Assembly (NCBI GenBank): GCA_964016885.1
Contig: OZ024747.1
Coordinates: 87,978,001 to 88,042,000 of the forward strand
Origin: Eledone cirrhosa
Lineage: Eukaryota
Reading direction: 5' to 3'
Length of the DNA stretch: 64,000 nucleotides
Under the pieces are notes generated by a model that was not told the DNA's origin, did not search any database, and saw nothing but the letters and a program-made list of their open reading frames with translations. Numbering within the stretch: position 1 is the stretch's first letter; each line of letters opens with the position of its first letter. A program made the translations under genes and the position numbers. This document shows positions 38,367 through 52,309 of the stretch, in pieces.

Positions 38367-39323
38367 ATATATAATATATATATATAAAATAGAATACTTG
38401 GGAGGAAAACTTTCATTTTGATCTAATCAATGTATTGATTTCTGATCTATAGACATAATCATTGCCAGTTTGTGAATAATCTTGCAGCCTGGGAACTAGT
38501 CATTTAGAAGAAATTCTTTGTATTTTCTTCTCCCTCACCATATATACCATGAAAGTTGGTAGGTTAAACTCAGCCCATTTTTAACTAGAGGCGTGACACT
38601 TTAGTAAGTAAAATCGTGATTGATTCTCTTTAATGTTTCTTTTTCTGACAGAAAAATAAATTATTTCAAATATTTTAACTGGAAATCATTTTGTCCCCTA
38701 TGAGCTGCACACAATATTGCTTTTAATTATATAAACTACTGCATACTTTTCTGAGGAGAGAGGTGGAGGTTCTTGGCTACCACAGCACCTTAGCCTCATT
38801 ATCACTTGCGGTAATGTTGTGGGTGATTTGGGTTGACATGAAAACATTCAGAGCATAGCATTAGCATTTCCTATCATAGTGTGTATGTGTATGTGTATGT
38901 GGGGGGAGGGAGGGAGGGGGTAATTGAAGGAGCGTGTATGTTTACTTTTTTTTTCTTTCTAACTCATTTTTAATGACTTGTTTCTTTTGTAAATCACAGG
39001 TAAATATTAATATGAACAGTAGGACAGCAAGGAGATAAAATGTATCTATCTTTACGTGCTTTGTTCAAATCCAACCAAATTAAACTTTATCGTATATAAA
39101 GCAAGGATAAAAATAAATATTAACCTTCTTGTTACCATATTTCTAATGAAAGACACTGCTTATAATCTTCAAATCATTTGAATATAAAGAATATAAAGAG
39201 ATTTAGTAAAATAACTTTATAAACCAATCATATTGATCAAAGTGTTTATAAACCAATCGTATTGATCAAAGTTTGAATGTATGCTCATCTTGTTTGATTA
39301 TTTTGTGTTGAAGTAATTTACTT

Positions 39324-39805
<482 letters not shown>

Positions 39806-42029
39806 CTACCTGGAGTTGCAACCAATAGATAGTATTAGCAATTGGAAAGACCAATGGAAACATTGTTTCCTCAGTCCGATTTGATGAAAGTCGATCGTTC
39901 CTGTAAACATTCAACTTACTTATTATTTATCTTGTGTTTGAACATAAAAAATGTCCTTACATAAAATTATAATGGAAGCTTTTTTAAATAAATATTAACA
40001 CATGAAAACAGTTTTATGTCATAGAACCAAGGTTAGTTTCATGCAGTGTGGTATCATCATTATCATCATCACCATTTTACATCTATTTTCTATGGGTTAA
40101 ATGGATTGTTACATCCTGAGTCTAGAGAGGTAAAAATGACTGCATCTTGTTCATATGTTCCATTTGAGCTTGGTTTCTATGGCTTGATATTCTTCTTAAT
40201 GCTAATCATTTTACAGTATGTATCATGCGTTTTTATTGTAGTACCAACACTACCATCTGACAGGGTGAGTTAATCATTTATTGGCATCAGTTCAATTGCT
40301 AACCTACAAATTTGTAGATATTTGTTGATGTAACAAATTGGTGTTAACCCTTCTGATACCAGCCCACCTGAAACTGCCCCTGGTTTTATGATACAAAACT
40401 GACTATTCTAAAGTGTTTATATTAGAACCTCATCATCATCATCATCATCGTTTAACGTTCATCTTCCATGCTAGCATTACAATTTCATTAATGAATTATT
40501 TGCTGAAAATCTAGTTTACTGAATTACCCTAAATGATTTATTTATCATCATCATCGTTTAACGTCCAATTGCCACGCTAGCATGGGTTAGACAAGTTGTC
40601 CCATTTGAGGCAAGTTGGGTCAGGTGTCCGTGTCTTACTCATATAGAACTGATTCTGGCTATTGAAACATATTTGTCAATCTATTAGCCAAAAACATACT
40701 TAGAACAACAGTTTAGATAAATGTTTGCATTTAGAGATATGACCTCCTCTCCATGCTAGAACAGAAAAATATGAAGCAATGCTGTGTTTATATTAAACTT
40801 GGCATCAAAGTTGTCACTAAACAACAACACTAGAGTCTAATTTTATAAATTAATGCAGATAGTCTGTTCTAGACATCAAATATAAAGTGTTTATATTGAT
40901 TTATTTAAAACATTAAAGATTTTCCAGAGGTACAACTCAAAAAGCTTGGATATTATATTTATTATTTCATATCATAATTGTTGAATAGTAGTGTCCTTAC
41001 ATTCAGATATTCAACAAGCCAATCAATGGCTTGATGCATTTCCAACATTAAAAGTGACAAAGGAGTATCTGTGTAACTTAGTGCTGAACAAATAACAAAA
41101 GGTACTTCAATGAATATATTCTTTGGTGATATATATATATATAAACCTTTTACATATATATATATATATATATATATACTTGAAAAAAGGAAAAGAATGA
41201 CTTCATTTGTAGTTCTAAACAATTTAATTATATAATATTACAATTTTACAATTTTGCTATGTAGATCTAATAAGTTCTTTGTTAACTTTGGTGGGGATTG
41301 TCAAACTGATCTAAGGTTTCGTTGTGATGTGTGATTATCTATATAAGAGATTTGGGTGTGTCGGGGGTTGGGTGGGGGTAAATGAGGATAGAGTGAAGGA
41401 GTATTGATGAAGATTTAAAGGAAAAAAAGAATATATATACAAAAAAGATGAAAGTAAATAGTAAAAGCAAGATGATTGATTGAGAGTGGAGTTGGGAGGT
41501 GTTGGGGGTGGGATGTGATGGTCAGATTTGTTCCTTAGAGGTAAAGTTAATAAGAGTCTAAGGAGTGTTTAAGAAAGGTGTTGTAAAAGTGCCCTCCTGC
41601 TGGTTCCATTTCAATCTTTGGTGAATAAAATACTAAGGAAATATAATGGCCAAATGCTTTTCAAATTCTTTTCTTAGAACTGAATAGAATATCTTAAATT
41701 TATAAAGAAAAGCTTCAATAATTTTCTATATTAAGTATGTAAGTAAAAGATGAATTTGGGTGTGTCTGGGTGGGGGGTTAATGAAGTGTAAGATACATGT
41801 CTTTTGATAAAAAGAATATGACAGCAAAGAGAAAAATAAGGTGATTAAGGTTAGTGTTGGAATTTTTGTTGAGAGAGAAGTATGTTGTTGTTGTTGTTGT
41901 TGGTTTGGAAGGGAGGTGAGGGAGCCTCATACTAGCTCACTTATTTACTTCCATACATATAAACACACATACAGCCGATACACACATTCTAGTTCATACA
42001 TACCCATATATTTACACACACAATGCAAT

Positions 42030-42203
42030 TGGGAGAATTGGTTTTGGCATTGGACAACATGCTTTGCAACATTATGTTCCTTTACCTTCTGAGTTCAAGT
42101 CCCGTTGATAAAATAAAGCACTAGTAATGCACTGGGGTTGATTTAATTGACTTTCCCCTTCCCTTCAAATTGCTGGCCTTGTGCCTAAAGTAGAAACCAT
42201 TAT
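42030..42203 (+). mobile_element. Meta-domain SINE (internal deletion)
   Basis: GAGTTCAAGTCCCG…GATAAAATAAAGCACTAG…CTTCAAATTGCTGGCCTTGTGCCTAAAGTAGAAAC. Confidence 0.75.
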
Positions 42204-42506
42204 AATGTAGATATATAGGCACATGCGTGTCTGATTTTTTTTTCAGATATCATAATATCAGCTACATTATCGTAAAGATTAGTAGATTGAGATAGATAGA
42301 ACAACAAATGTTTGTTCAAGAATAATCAAGTCATTTTTGGCTGCTGCATTCTTTACTGTTTCAGTGTAATGGAGATATAACAGCAGACTGGATAACATAA
42401 CAGTTTCTGAATTTAAGAGTCGTGAGATTCATATCTCATAACAGCCAGTGTTCTACATGCATATATATATATATATAAATACATTTATATATATATTAAG
42501 AGAGAG

Positions 42507-42539
<33 letters not shown>

Positions 42540-42669
42540 TCAGGAGTACTCAATACTTGGGACAGTAGAGTGTAAATATATTAGAGAGTCGGGTTGACAG
42601 AACCACAGACCTACCTATTATTTTTTTGTTTTATTAAGTGTTCAATAACTGGCTTGTCAGTATTATGAT

Positions 42670-42822
42670 TGTTGTAGTTGTTGTCGGTTTGGGTGTGTGT
42701 GGTTGTTGGTTTGGGTGTGTGTGTGGTTGTTGGTTTGGGTGTGTGTGGCTGTTGGTTTGGGTGTGTGTGGTTGTTGGTTTGGGTATTTGTGGTTGTTGGT
42801 TTGGGTGTGTGTGGTTGTTGTC
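42670..42822. repeat. G/T-rich 22-24-bp minisatellite (GGTTGTTGGTTTGGGTGTGTGT)n
   Basis: About six copies visible. Confidence 0.85.
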
Positions 42823-43374
42823 ATTATGTTTGTTGTATTTATTGTGGGTTGTGGGGCTGAGTGTTGTGCTAAAATATATTTGTGCTTTTGTTATACTGGT
42901 GTATGTATATATTTGCGTGGATATGTGAAGAGTTCTAAAGCTAAAGTAGGTTTGTATATAAGGTTGTGTGTGCATTTATGTCTGCTTACATGTCAGTGGG
43001 TGTTGTTACTGGTATGTCTTGAGGCATTGCTTATGTGTAAATTATTCTAAATGGTAAGTAAATTCATGTATAAAATTGAGTATGCATGTACATATGTGTG
43101 CATGTGTATTGGCGAGTGTTGTTAGTTTGGTAAGAATTGCAGTGTTGTCTATGTGCACTTGATGGGGTGTGCAAGACAGGTGTCGACATGCGTGTGTTTC
43201 GAAATGTGAGTGCTTATGACATAGGCTCTGTGGAGTGTTGAACACCTGGAGTTTATACACAGTGTCTCTATGGACTGTTAAAGAGGGTACTGATGAAATC
43301 TAAACACAAGGCCATGTTCACATGTCTATACATATATGATGTTAGCTAAACATTTATAGATATACTCTGTAGTA

Positions 43375-43690
43375 TACACTGAGGATGAAAAACTCAGAGC
43401 TGTATGGGAGCCTCCCAAAAGTCAGCTCAAAAGTGACACAGAGGAGACTGAGGTTAGCTGGACATGCTCACTGACATCCAGAGTTGACATTGTACTCAGA
43501 GCTCCTGTGGGAGCCCCTACATGGACACACTGGAAGAGGAAGACCAAGGTTAACGTATGGTCATGCCCTAAGGACAGACACTGGTCTGTTGGAGATGCAG
43601 GACATGGCAGCGATAATGAGGGACAGAGACCGCTGAAGAGAACTCGTCCATGGATCTCAGGAATTTTACCCGCCCTAGAAGAAGATACTC
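43375..43690 (+). mobile_element. RTE/RTE-X-like LINE 3' fragment
   Basis: LYGSLPKVSSKVTQRRLRLAGHAH*HPEL…LWEP/HGHTGRGRPR. Confidence 0.7.
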
Positions 43691-44099
43691 TGTTGTACAG
43701 TATAGTATTGAAACAAAACATTGTAAGTGCACCAGTAATTTACCAATAAAGGTGAGACAATATGTAAAATACATATATATAGATTAAGAGGAAAAGCAAT
43801 TTTCCCAGACTTTCCATGAAAGTTATTGTTGCATTTGATGTTCAGTAACCCAGGTCAGCCAAGTTATAAACTGTGACCAAGCTGTCATTTTTGTACTATG
43901 TGTTCTTCCTTATCTAAAGATGTTAGGTTGTGCTTTGAAAAGGAAATTTCAACACTATGATTTCCAGTAGGATAAACGATTGTGCAAAGGTTTGCTCGCT
44001 AGTTCCTTGGCTTGTTTATATGACAGCCATATATAATTGGTTAAACATTTTTTATCAGTATACCTGTTAATCTACTTTTAGACATCTCTTCTTTTTCTT

Positions 44100-44295
44100 T
44101 GCCCACTTATTCCTGTGAGGGTCATGGGGGGAAGAGTCCTCAAACACTCCTTCCAGTGGCTCCTGTCAGAAGCAACCATCTCCAACTGATCTGGCTGGAT
44201 CCCCAAGCATGACCAGCCAAGCCCATGGATGTTATCCAACCATCTTGCTCAGGGTCTACCCCTGGGTCTCCTGCCAATTGTTTTTGCCTGTAAAA
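44100..44295 (-). mobile_element. RTE-like LINE 3' fragment
   Basis: LQAKTIGRRPRGRP*ARWLDNIHGLGW…VASDRSHWKECL on the minus strand. Confidence 0.65.
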
Positions 44296-44329
44296 TCTGT
44301 CCAATGATTCTTTCCTTTTTATCTCTCTC

Positions 44330-44545
44330 AGATTTAAATTGGCTGTATCCAGCCAGAATTCTCTCACCTCTTTCTGTTCAAACCAGTCATAACTAGCTGC
44401 TCATACTTATGTTAAGGTATTGTTCTCAAAATGAATAATATCAAATACTCGTAGATTCTATATTATGTGAGATGATTATGCGAGATAAAGTGTTTACCAT
44501 GAAAATACAATAGAATATATAAAGTAATCTAAATGCTAAAGGGTT
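44330..44545. mobile_element. piggyBac-like MITE (reverse orientation)
   Basis: Ends in TAAATGCTAAAGGGTTA; the body matches 34588-34807. Confidence 0.8.
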
Positions 44546-45444
44546 ATACTTGATAATCAAAATGAATATTGAAATAAATGAATTAATATATATAAATAAA
44601 TGTAAAAAAAAAAAGGATTAGACTTAGGTTCTGTATGTTCTCCTAAAGTAAACCAATCCTATCACATATACTTGACCAATTGGAAAATACTGTTTTCTTA
44701 TCACTTAGCATGCAGTGTTCTGGGTTAGGAAAGCACACATTTCCTGATAGATACAACAACAACAAAGGTGATGATAATGTCACCATTGCTGTTGATAATG
44801 ACAACAACAACAACAACAACACAATAATAATGATAATATTTTATTTGCTAAAGTAAAGAAACACAGCATTAAAATATGATATACAAATATCATGTATATA
44901 GATATAAGATAATTTTAAATGTAAATATTGCTACAGGATTTAATTACAAGCCTCTAGCTTATAATTAATATGCCTGAGTACATTAGAAAACTTTCACATC
45001 GGAAATGAACAAGTGTGAACACTCTTTGTTATTCTCTTCATATACAGAAAAACATAAGCTATTGTCTTTATGTGTTTCAAAGCTAATTTGTTTTCTAATG
45101 AAAAGCTAACTTTGAAACATATAAAAACAATATCTCATGCTTTTCTGTGTATAAAGAGAATAACAAAAGTCTGTTAACACTTGTTTATATTCACACAGTG
45201 ACTTATAATTAAAAAATGTAATCATCATTTTAATCATTACCATTTTTCTATACTTGTATGAGTTGGACATATACTCCTCCAGCACAGCTTCCCTCAACTT
45301 CTTCTCTTCATCTTATATATAAATGTATCATTTAAGTTTAAGTTTATCACAAAAGACTAAATATAAAAAGGAAAAATGTGATGGCACCATGCATCTGTTG
45401 AATACCAGGCAACCGTACAGAACTATTATTATGAGACAACCCAA

Positions 45445-45648
45445 AAGATTAAACCAGCCGTATCTGACCAGAATTTTCTCACCTCTTTCTATTCAAACTG
45501 GCTGTAACCAGCATCTCATACCAACTTTAAAGTATTGTTCTCAAAATAAATAATATCAAAATCTCATATATTCGATATTATGTAAGATAAAACCTTTACT
45601 GTGAAAATACAATAGTAAATATAGAGTAATGTAAATGCTAAAGGGTTA
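45445..45648. mobile_element. piggyBac-like MITE (reverse orientation)
   Basis: Ends in TAAATGCTAAAGGGTTAA. Confidence 0.8.
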
Positions 45649-45886
45649 AATGTAAATGCATTACTGAATTTTATTGCAATATTATTCTTACTGTCCAATC
45701 ACATGACAATGAACAGAACAGGAGCAATCACACAACTACCAGATGATGGATAAATTACCCTAATGTTGTCAACACTGCCAGTCTTACAATGGGTATATCC
45801 ATGTTGCCTGAGATGATCTCAAATTAAATGTAATATAATATAACAGTTAAAATTTTTGTGATAAACTTAAATGATACATTTATATA

Positions 45887-46084
45887 CAGGGTGGGCCAAA
45901 AGGCACTTCTTACCTATTTTTATTAAAACATTACAAATTAACTCCAAACTAATTTTTCTTGGAGAGTGTAGTTGTCCATAATTTGATCTTCTTTTTATTC
46001 AACTTAAATCTGAAAAAAAAAAAAATTTAATAATAAAAAAAATTATGAATTTTTAAAATAGGAAGTGACTTTTGGCCTACCCTG
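45887..46084. mobile_element. Tc1/mariner-like MITE
   Basis: TA then CAGGGTGGGCCAAAAGGCACTTC … GGAAGTGACTTTTGGCCTACCCTG. Confidence 0.75.
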
Positions 46085-46374
46085 AACTAGCTAAATATGA
46101 TATATATAAAATAAAAAGGAACAGCCAGGAGTACTTTGGTGTAATGGTAAAATGTAATCATGGTAGTATATGACAGATGCATGGTTCGATTACTGCATGC
46201 TGTTTTGTCTGCATTTTTTTCCATCACCAATGGTATTTTAACCAACTTGTTCACCTATTATTTATAATTCACCAGCATTGTGGTGGCTTTTTAAAAAATC
46301 AGAAATATACACACACATATATACAACATTTAACATCCACTTTTCCTGCTAGTAAGGGTTGTATACATGCACAA

Positions 46375-46412
<38 letters not shown>

Positions 46413-46507
46413 CAAAAGTAGAACTATACAATCAAATTTCAAAGGAGAGTAGAGACAGATTAAAACTGTTTTAATGAAAGTAGATTGATTTTCTTTAAAT
46501 ACTTTTG

Positions 46508-46547
<40 letters not shown>

Positions 46548-46555
46548 CATACACA

Positions 46556-46788
46556 CAGAGGTCCGACGACCTTTTGATTCCAGAGTCGGACTAGATCGAT
46601 ACAGATCAAACCTTGAGCTGATCAATAGCAAAACGTGCGTCACTATTCAATAAACATAATGAAAGCATTAACAATTCGTCCTTTTATTATTATATTTACA
46701 CTCAGTTTAGTTCTACACCTTGTTACAGACAGCAAACTATGCATTGAGTGCTCACCTGGGTGAACCTACAGTAACAGCACGTTACACT

Positions 46789-46792
<4 letters not shown>
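46556..46792 (+). mobile_element. PLE pseudo-LTR with extended-stem-II hammerhead-like motif (46560-46644)
   Basis: Homologous to 62916-63150 and flanked by microsatellites. GGT-CCGACGA…AGC-AAAA-CGTGCG-TC-ACT, then AATAAA. Confidence 0.6.
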
Positions 46793-46841
<49 letters not shown>

Positions 46842-46842
46842 C

Positions 46843-47530
46843 ATAATAAAGAATTCATATCTAGTAACATATATATACATACAGATGCATATCAATGCTA
46901 GCAAATATATAGGTTTTGTCTTAATAACAGTGTCGTTCAATGCATGGGGTTGCAGAACAATAATATAAGAGACGTAAAATAAGAAAATTATAAAATTAAA
47001 CGTCTCTTATATTATTATTCTGCAACCCCATGCATTGAACCACAATGTTATTAAGACAAAACCTATATATTTGCTAGCATTGATATGCATCTGTATGTAT
47101 ATATATGTTACTAGATATGAATTCTTTATTATTATCTCCAAATTATTTGTCGAGCAATATTGGCCATGACTGCTGCTACGGTTGTAGGCAGGCCGCTGTC
47201 TTATTAGCAAACCACTTTCCACTGATTGACCTCGATGTCACGTGTTCGATTCTTTTTGAATTTGCCACAGACGTAGAGGCAGTGATTTTCTCAATGGCTT
47301 GGAATTCAGTCCACGCTTCGCTATTTCCTATCCACTGAATTATTTTTTAATAAGTTTCCAGTGTCCTCGCTTTGCCTGGAAACTTACATGAGAATAGACT
47401 TTCCTGATGACGGAATGCTTCTCAATATTATTCTTCGGAAAATATATTTACTCCATTCCAGAAACTAATTAGTTGGAAGTGATATTTTAGTAAGTAAGTT
47501 AATTTTATAATTTTCTTATTTTACGTCTCT

Positions 47531-47533
<3 letters not shown>
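46843..47533 (+). mobile_element. Rearranged PLE: inverted pseudo-LTR pieces, possible GIY-YIG fragment on minus, hammerhead on plus
   Basis: 46843-46975 is inverted to 47000-47132, and 46963-47000 is inverted to 47498-47533. Minus-strand RLWQIQKE…LLIRQRPAYNRSSSHGQYC resembles the PLE endonuclease C-terminal half. Confidence 0.65.
47398..47480 (+). ncRNA. Type I hammerhead ribozyme, canonical core
   Basis: ACTTTC-CTGATGA-C-GGAATG…CATTCC-A-GAAA-CTAATTAG-TT-GGAAGT: 6-bp stem I, palindromic stem III, GUU site. Confidence 0.7.
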
Positions 47534-47562
<29 letters not shown>

Positions 47563-47574
47563 CATATATATAAA

Positions 47575-48259
47575 TGAAATAACAGGAGGCTGGACTGGTG
47601 TAAATCCTTGAAAGGTTTATTATACTATGATCATTTCAATGACTGGGTTCCATATGAATCCGGTGATATCATCAGGTATTGGAATATAACAAAGGAATAT
47701 GTAAAAAGCCATGGGTTTTAAAAATCAGAGACAGAGGGGACGGCTGACTGACTAGCTTCTCAGCCAGCCGCCCTCAAAGTGTTGGCAACTGAAAAACTAC
47801 CAATGAATATCTGGTGAGGGGGCGAAGGCTTACAATGCGCTACCACCACTTCGTCAAAGAAGAAGGGGAAGAAAGAAAGAAAGGGAGAAAGAAGTGTAGT
47901 GTAAGGGTCAAACTACATTCATGCTAGAAAATGCCGCAAAAAATGCTACCCAAAGAATCTATAATGGGTGTTTGTATGGTCTAATGTGTGAACCGAAGAT
48001 TGGAACGTTAAATTTATGTTGCAAGTTATAGGATGAAATTAAATTAAATTAAAAATATTAAATTGCAAAATGGTAAATTGAAAAATAGAGGTAGCGAGAT
48101 TTATTTATTTAATGAAATTACAGAGAGAGAGTCTTATATGAAAAAAAACTTTTAGATATTAGGATGGGATATAGAGTAAAGATTTCGATTGGGAGTCCCA
48201 GCCAGCACACCCACCACCATGAGTCAGCCAGTCTTGAGTGGTATCGGCTAGCGAAAGAA

Positions 48260-48260
<1 letters not shown>
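47575..48260 (-). mobile_element. PLE 3' region/pseudo-LTR between (TA)n tracts
   Basis: Contains the minus-strand hammerhead at 47622-47679 immediately followed by AATAAA. Confidence 0.55.
47622..47679 (-). ncRNA. Type I hammerhead ribozyme, canonical core, partly decayed stem II
   Basis: Minus strand: ATAC-CTGATGA-TATCACCGGATTC-ATATG-GAACCCAGTCATT-GAAA-TGATCA-TA-GTAT. Confidence 0.65.
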
Positions 48261-48295
<35 letters not shown>

Positions 48296-49046
48296 GGATA
48301 AATGATATGGGTTCACACTAAAAAATTGAAATACGATAAAAATGTACTCAATGCTGTTAAGTATAGTGGAATAATATATATTGTTGTTTGGTGTTCTTGT
48401 TCTGGTCCACCTGAGAATAGGGAGTTAAACACTTTGAGTAGTGACTGACACATTCAGCTTTGAATATATGTTATGTGTGTGTGTAACTGTGTCAGCCTGT
48501 TTTCTATTCTGTTTTCTATTCTGTAACCTAGCAACTTGACAAATATGAATCAATTAAATCAATATTGGGGTCAATATCATTAGGAAAACCCTTTGAAGTT
48601 TGTGTCTCAGTATGGCCACAATCCAATTATTCAAATTGGTAGTAGAATAAAAGAATATCATATTTATATGTGTGTGTGTGTGTGTTTGCATTCATGTGTG
48701 TACATATATGTGTATATAAGTTGTGGCCAGGTGCATTTTATAATGGCACCAGCACTATCACATACAGAGTATACTGGCTACATCATATTGTGATACCAAC
48801 ACTAGGGCACTTATATATAGTGCAATGAAAAATTAGAAGATTATATCTAAAGTTGGTAGAGCACTCAATCCAAAGTTAGGTATACAGTTAATTTCCTGTA
48901 CCAGCTTCCTTAGTTGTTGTCTCTCAATTAAAACTATCTCTGAACAGTAGAGATTTATACATGCATGTATAACTTTGCACACAACTGTATGTGTAGCCAT
49001 ATATTCATACATACATACATACTCACATACCTACACATACATGCGT

Positions 49047-49078
<32 letters not shown>

Positions 49079-49084
49079 GCATAT

Positions 49085-49500
49085 ATTCACTCGAATTTGT
49101 GTCTTTATTGGTGTTTCACCAATTTCAAGTTCTGAGGTGTGTAAAGTTGCATGTTTGTGTGGTCGTTGGTTGCAGTGTGATGTTGTAATCTTAATGTCTT
49201 TTTCAACAATTCACCAAACTGTGTATGTGTGTGGTTCATTCGTTGAAGGGTATTAGAAGTAGGTAGTATCAAGGAGGGTTCAAGAGGTCTGGTAAGATGT
49301 GTATTGCGGTGCGGTCTTTTTAGTTTGATAAAAATTGGGCCTTTTGATGCAAACATGACCAGAATATTTCTGTCTTTGAGTTTAGGCAAATATCTGGTGA
49401 TTATAGACCCAGTAAGATTCTGAATTTATCACTCAGGCAGAGCGAGCATTTTTTGCTTCCATTTTTATATGGTGTTGACCTTTTGAGTACTCTCCATGCA
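49085..49500 (-). mobile_element. PLE GIY-YIG endonuclease C-terminus plus 3' region
   Basis: AWRVLKRSTPYKNGSKKCSLCLSDKFRILLGL*SPDICLNSKTEIFWSCLHQKAQFL fits the W-x(n)-PY-x-NG-x3-C-x-LC…LN…C-x-H pattern. Confidence 0.8.
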
Positions 49501-50461
49501 TATATATACATATACACATGCACATATACAAATACATATGTATGGAAAAGGATTATGTAGTGAAGGAGATGTAGTGGAAGTAGATGGTGAGTTGTTGATG
49601 GTGACAAAGTTGATTGTTTGGTGAGGTGGATGTAAAGATGTGGAAGGAATTGGCTTGTTTGTTCACAAATGAATATAGTGTTCAGTAATGCTCCAGTTTA
49701 TTTAGAAAATAGCTTACTTCAAAGCTATTGTCGATAAGACAAGAAAACAACAAAGAACTGAGTGAATTGTATGTTATGTTTATTTGCATGCATGTAATAG
49801 TAATCTGACCAGATGCATGAACTCACCTTTATAGAAGTAGTCCAACCCTGTCAACTGGGTTGGAGTGTTTTGTTAAACGCTAGATCTCTCTACTGCTTGA
49901 GCAACTCAGAGTATATCCTTCTCTTCCGAAATACCAGAGTGGAATGACTTAAAGAAAAACTTATCTCATTTAACCTCAGATCTGCCAGCCTCTCCAAACC
50001 ACTGGCACCAACCCAAGATAAAGAGAAACAGCTCTGTTGTGTTGTTTGGAGGTCAGGTTTTTGGTGGCTCCTTAATAGACCAAATGAAATCCTACTGCAG
50101 AAAGTATTAAATTACTGCTACACATATACTTACATATATATACATACAAGTATATCTAAAAAAACATAAAAGATAAGAAATTACAAAATAAAAAAAACAG
50201 ATAAATAAATAGCTTAGGAATAAAATATAAAAAATGAAGAAGGGGTCAGAGTAAGTAAATAGACAAATAAATAAATAAATGAATAATTAAGTTGCAGTGA
50301 ACCGTAAAGGAGGCGAAAAGCAGACTAATGTAAGCTAAACTAAAATAAGTAACCAGATTGAGCAGGAATGGGTAGGGAGTAGGTAGAAAGTTTAGTGTTC
50401 TAACTGTCTGAAAATAATTTATTGTGACACTGTCGTGACAGCCTAAGAAAGGTACAAGGAG

Positions 50462-51762
50462 GTGTCTATCTATACCGCCTGGCCATCGTGCCTTGCCCAA
50501 GGGAAACGCTCGCCAAAATGGAGCGCACACTCTTCCAACTCCTTTTGGAAGAAGCGGGCTCCTATGGTGAGGAGATCAATCTGCTGTCAACACCCTTCGA
50601 AAGGAGGGCTGGGGCTGCCGTGGCTGATGATGCGTAAACACGCATTAAGGCTACGGCACCTCCAGGTATTCCTCACCGGTCAACCGGTGTGGGCCCCGTT
50701 TGTGAGGTGAGCCTTTCTCTAGACTCGTCTCGCTCACCAAGCTGCAATCCTGGGTCAAGCAAAGAACGAGAAAACTGGGCGCCTGGCACACCGAGTGTGC
50801 CAAGGTGCTCACGGCTCTCTGGCAGGTGGAGAATCCACCTCGTTATTCTATAGAGGGCTGGTAGTTAGCAGGTGCGATGACGCCCTTGGAGAAGCCCTAG
50901 GCATGGAAGAAAACGAACTGGCCAACCTGTTCGGTAGGACATTCAGCCCGGGACCTATGGATAACTTCCAGAGGTCCCTGGCCTGGCAGTGCTACCGAGG
51001 GGCTCTGCCCATTCGAGAAAGGCTCTACAGACACGGGCGCCCGGGTAGGGACTCCTCGAAAAAGATCTGCCCCAGATGCGTGTGCGACGAGGAAACCGTT
51101 GCACACGCATTGGTACACTGCTTGGGCATTGCCGATCTGTGGGGCTATGTCGAACGACTGCTGTCACGGGTGGAACCAATCCGGTTGACCACCAAGTCTA
51201 TTGTAACGATAAAGCCGCCTTCCCTCTTCAAAAATTAAGGAGAGGCAGTGTTTCTGTGCGTAATAGCCATGGTGAAAGAGGTTGTATGGTGGACGCGTCT
51301 GAAAGGACTGAGGTCAGACACCTTTCTCTCTGGTCAACAACTGGTCCGTTTCTTCCGATATCATTTCGGAAGAAGGATCAGGATGGAGAGAGAGGTGCTG
51401 CACCCCAGCTGTTTTTATGAAAGATGGGTGAAAGTGGCGAGAATGGCCCGTGTGAATGGGCCTTCACTCTACATCAGACTGTAGGTGAGAAAGATGAAAG
51501 ATCAAGGGAGCACCCTCTCTCTGTGCTCCCGAGGAGAAGGGTTGCACACTTTTTCGGGTGTGTGTGCGACCCCCGCCCCCCACCCCCACCCCCCAAGGCC
51601 TCTTCTCCCTATTGAGGATTTTGTTATTCAATTTATTTTTGTTATATTTTATATTTTTATATTTTGTTATTGCCTCCTCCTTATTGAGGATGCCTTTTTA
51701 TGTAAACGCCCCCATTGTACTTGTCCCACTCTTTGATGCCCTGGTGGCAAATAAAAAGAAAG
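50462..51762 (+). mobile_element. 5'-truncated L1/Tx1-clade LINE: post-RT region, CCHC zinc finger, 3' UTR
   Basis: YRLAIVPCP…WKKRAPMVRRSICCQHPSKGGLGLP…DNFQRSLAWQCYRGALPIRERLYRHG…CPRCVCDEETVAHALVHC. GC-rich with frameshifts; ends AATAAAAAGAAA. Confidence 0.9.
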
Positions 51763-51764
51763 TT

Positions 51765-52290
51765 ATCTATTACCTAAATCCAAACAATACAGATATGGTT
51801 GAAAACTAGAGCAGGCTGAGTTATTATTATGGTGTGGCTAGGATACTAGAAGTTATACCTGATACATAGATGGTGTTACCTACCACTTGTATAAGTGAAT
51901 TTAGTATCAGAACAGTATCTATCGACAGTGTGTCCTCATGAAGGTTTTGGAGTGTCTATGAGGATAATTTCCAAATAGGTCTAGTTTTCTATTAATTATT
52001 AGTGGTCCCTTTCATGGTATCTCCATGATTTCAGAGGCACCCAGGTGACATGCATCAGATCCTCCTCCATATGGGGGTGCAGATCAACCTTGGACCAGGA
52101 GAGTGAATACTCCGTGTTGTTCATTTTCAATCTCCAGATAAGTTCGTTTATCTTGTCTTCTGAACGAATGGTAGTAATTATACCAACACTCCTTAAACTT
52201 TGTTGCAGTGGCACCTATGTAAGATTATACCCTGCCACCAGTGCTAATATTACATCTGAATACTATGTTTTTTAAAAAGCATGCCCCTCC
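51765..52290 (-). mobile_element. PLE GIY-YIG endonuclease domain (decayed) plus 3' region
   Basis: GACFLKNIVFRCNISTGGRV*SYIGATATKFKECWYNYYHSFRR…ELIWRLK…YSLSW…PYGGGSDACHL…NRKLDLFGNYPHRH. Confidence 0.8.
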
Positions 52291-52309
52291 TTGTTATTAT
52301 TATCATGGA

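Noticed and set aside
32583-39275. Short local tandem duplications (~32585, 35068, 36108, 39217)
   Set aside because: Ordinary slippage duplications of 11-30 bp.
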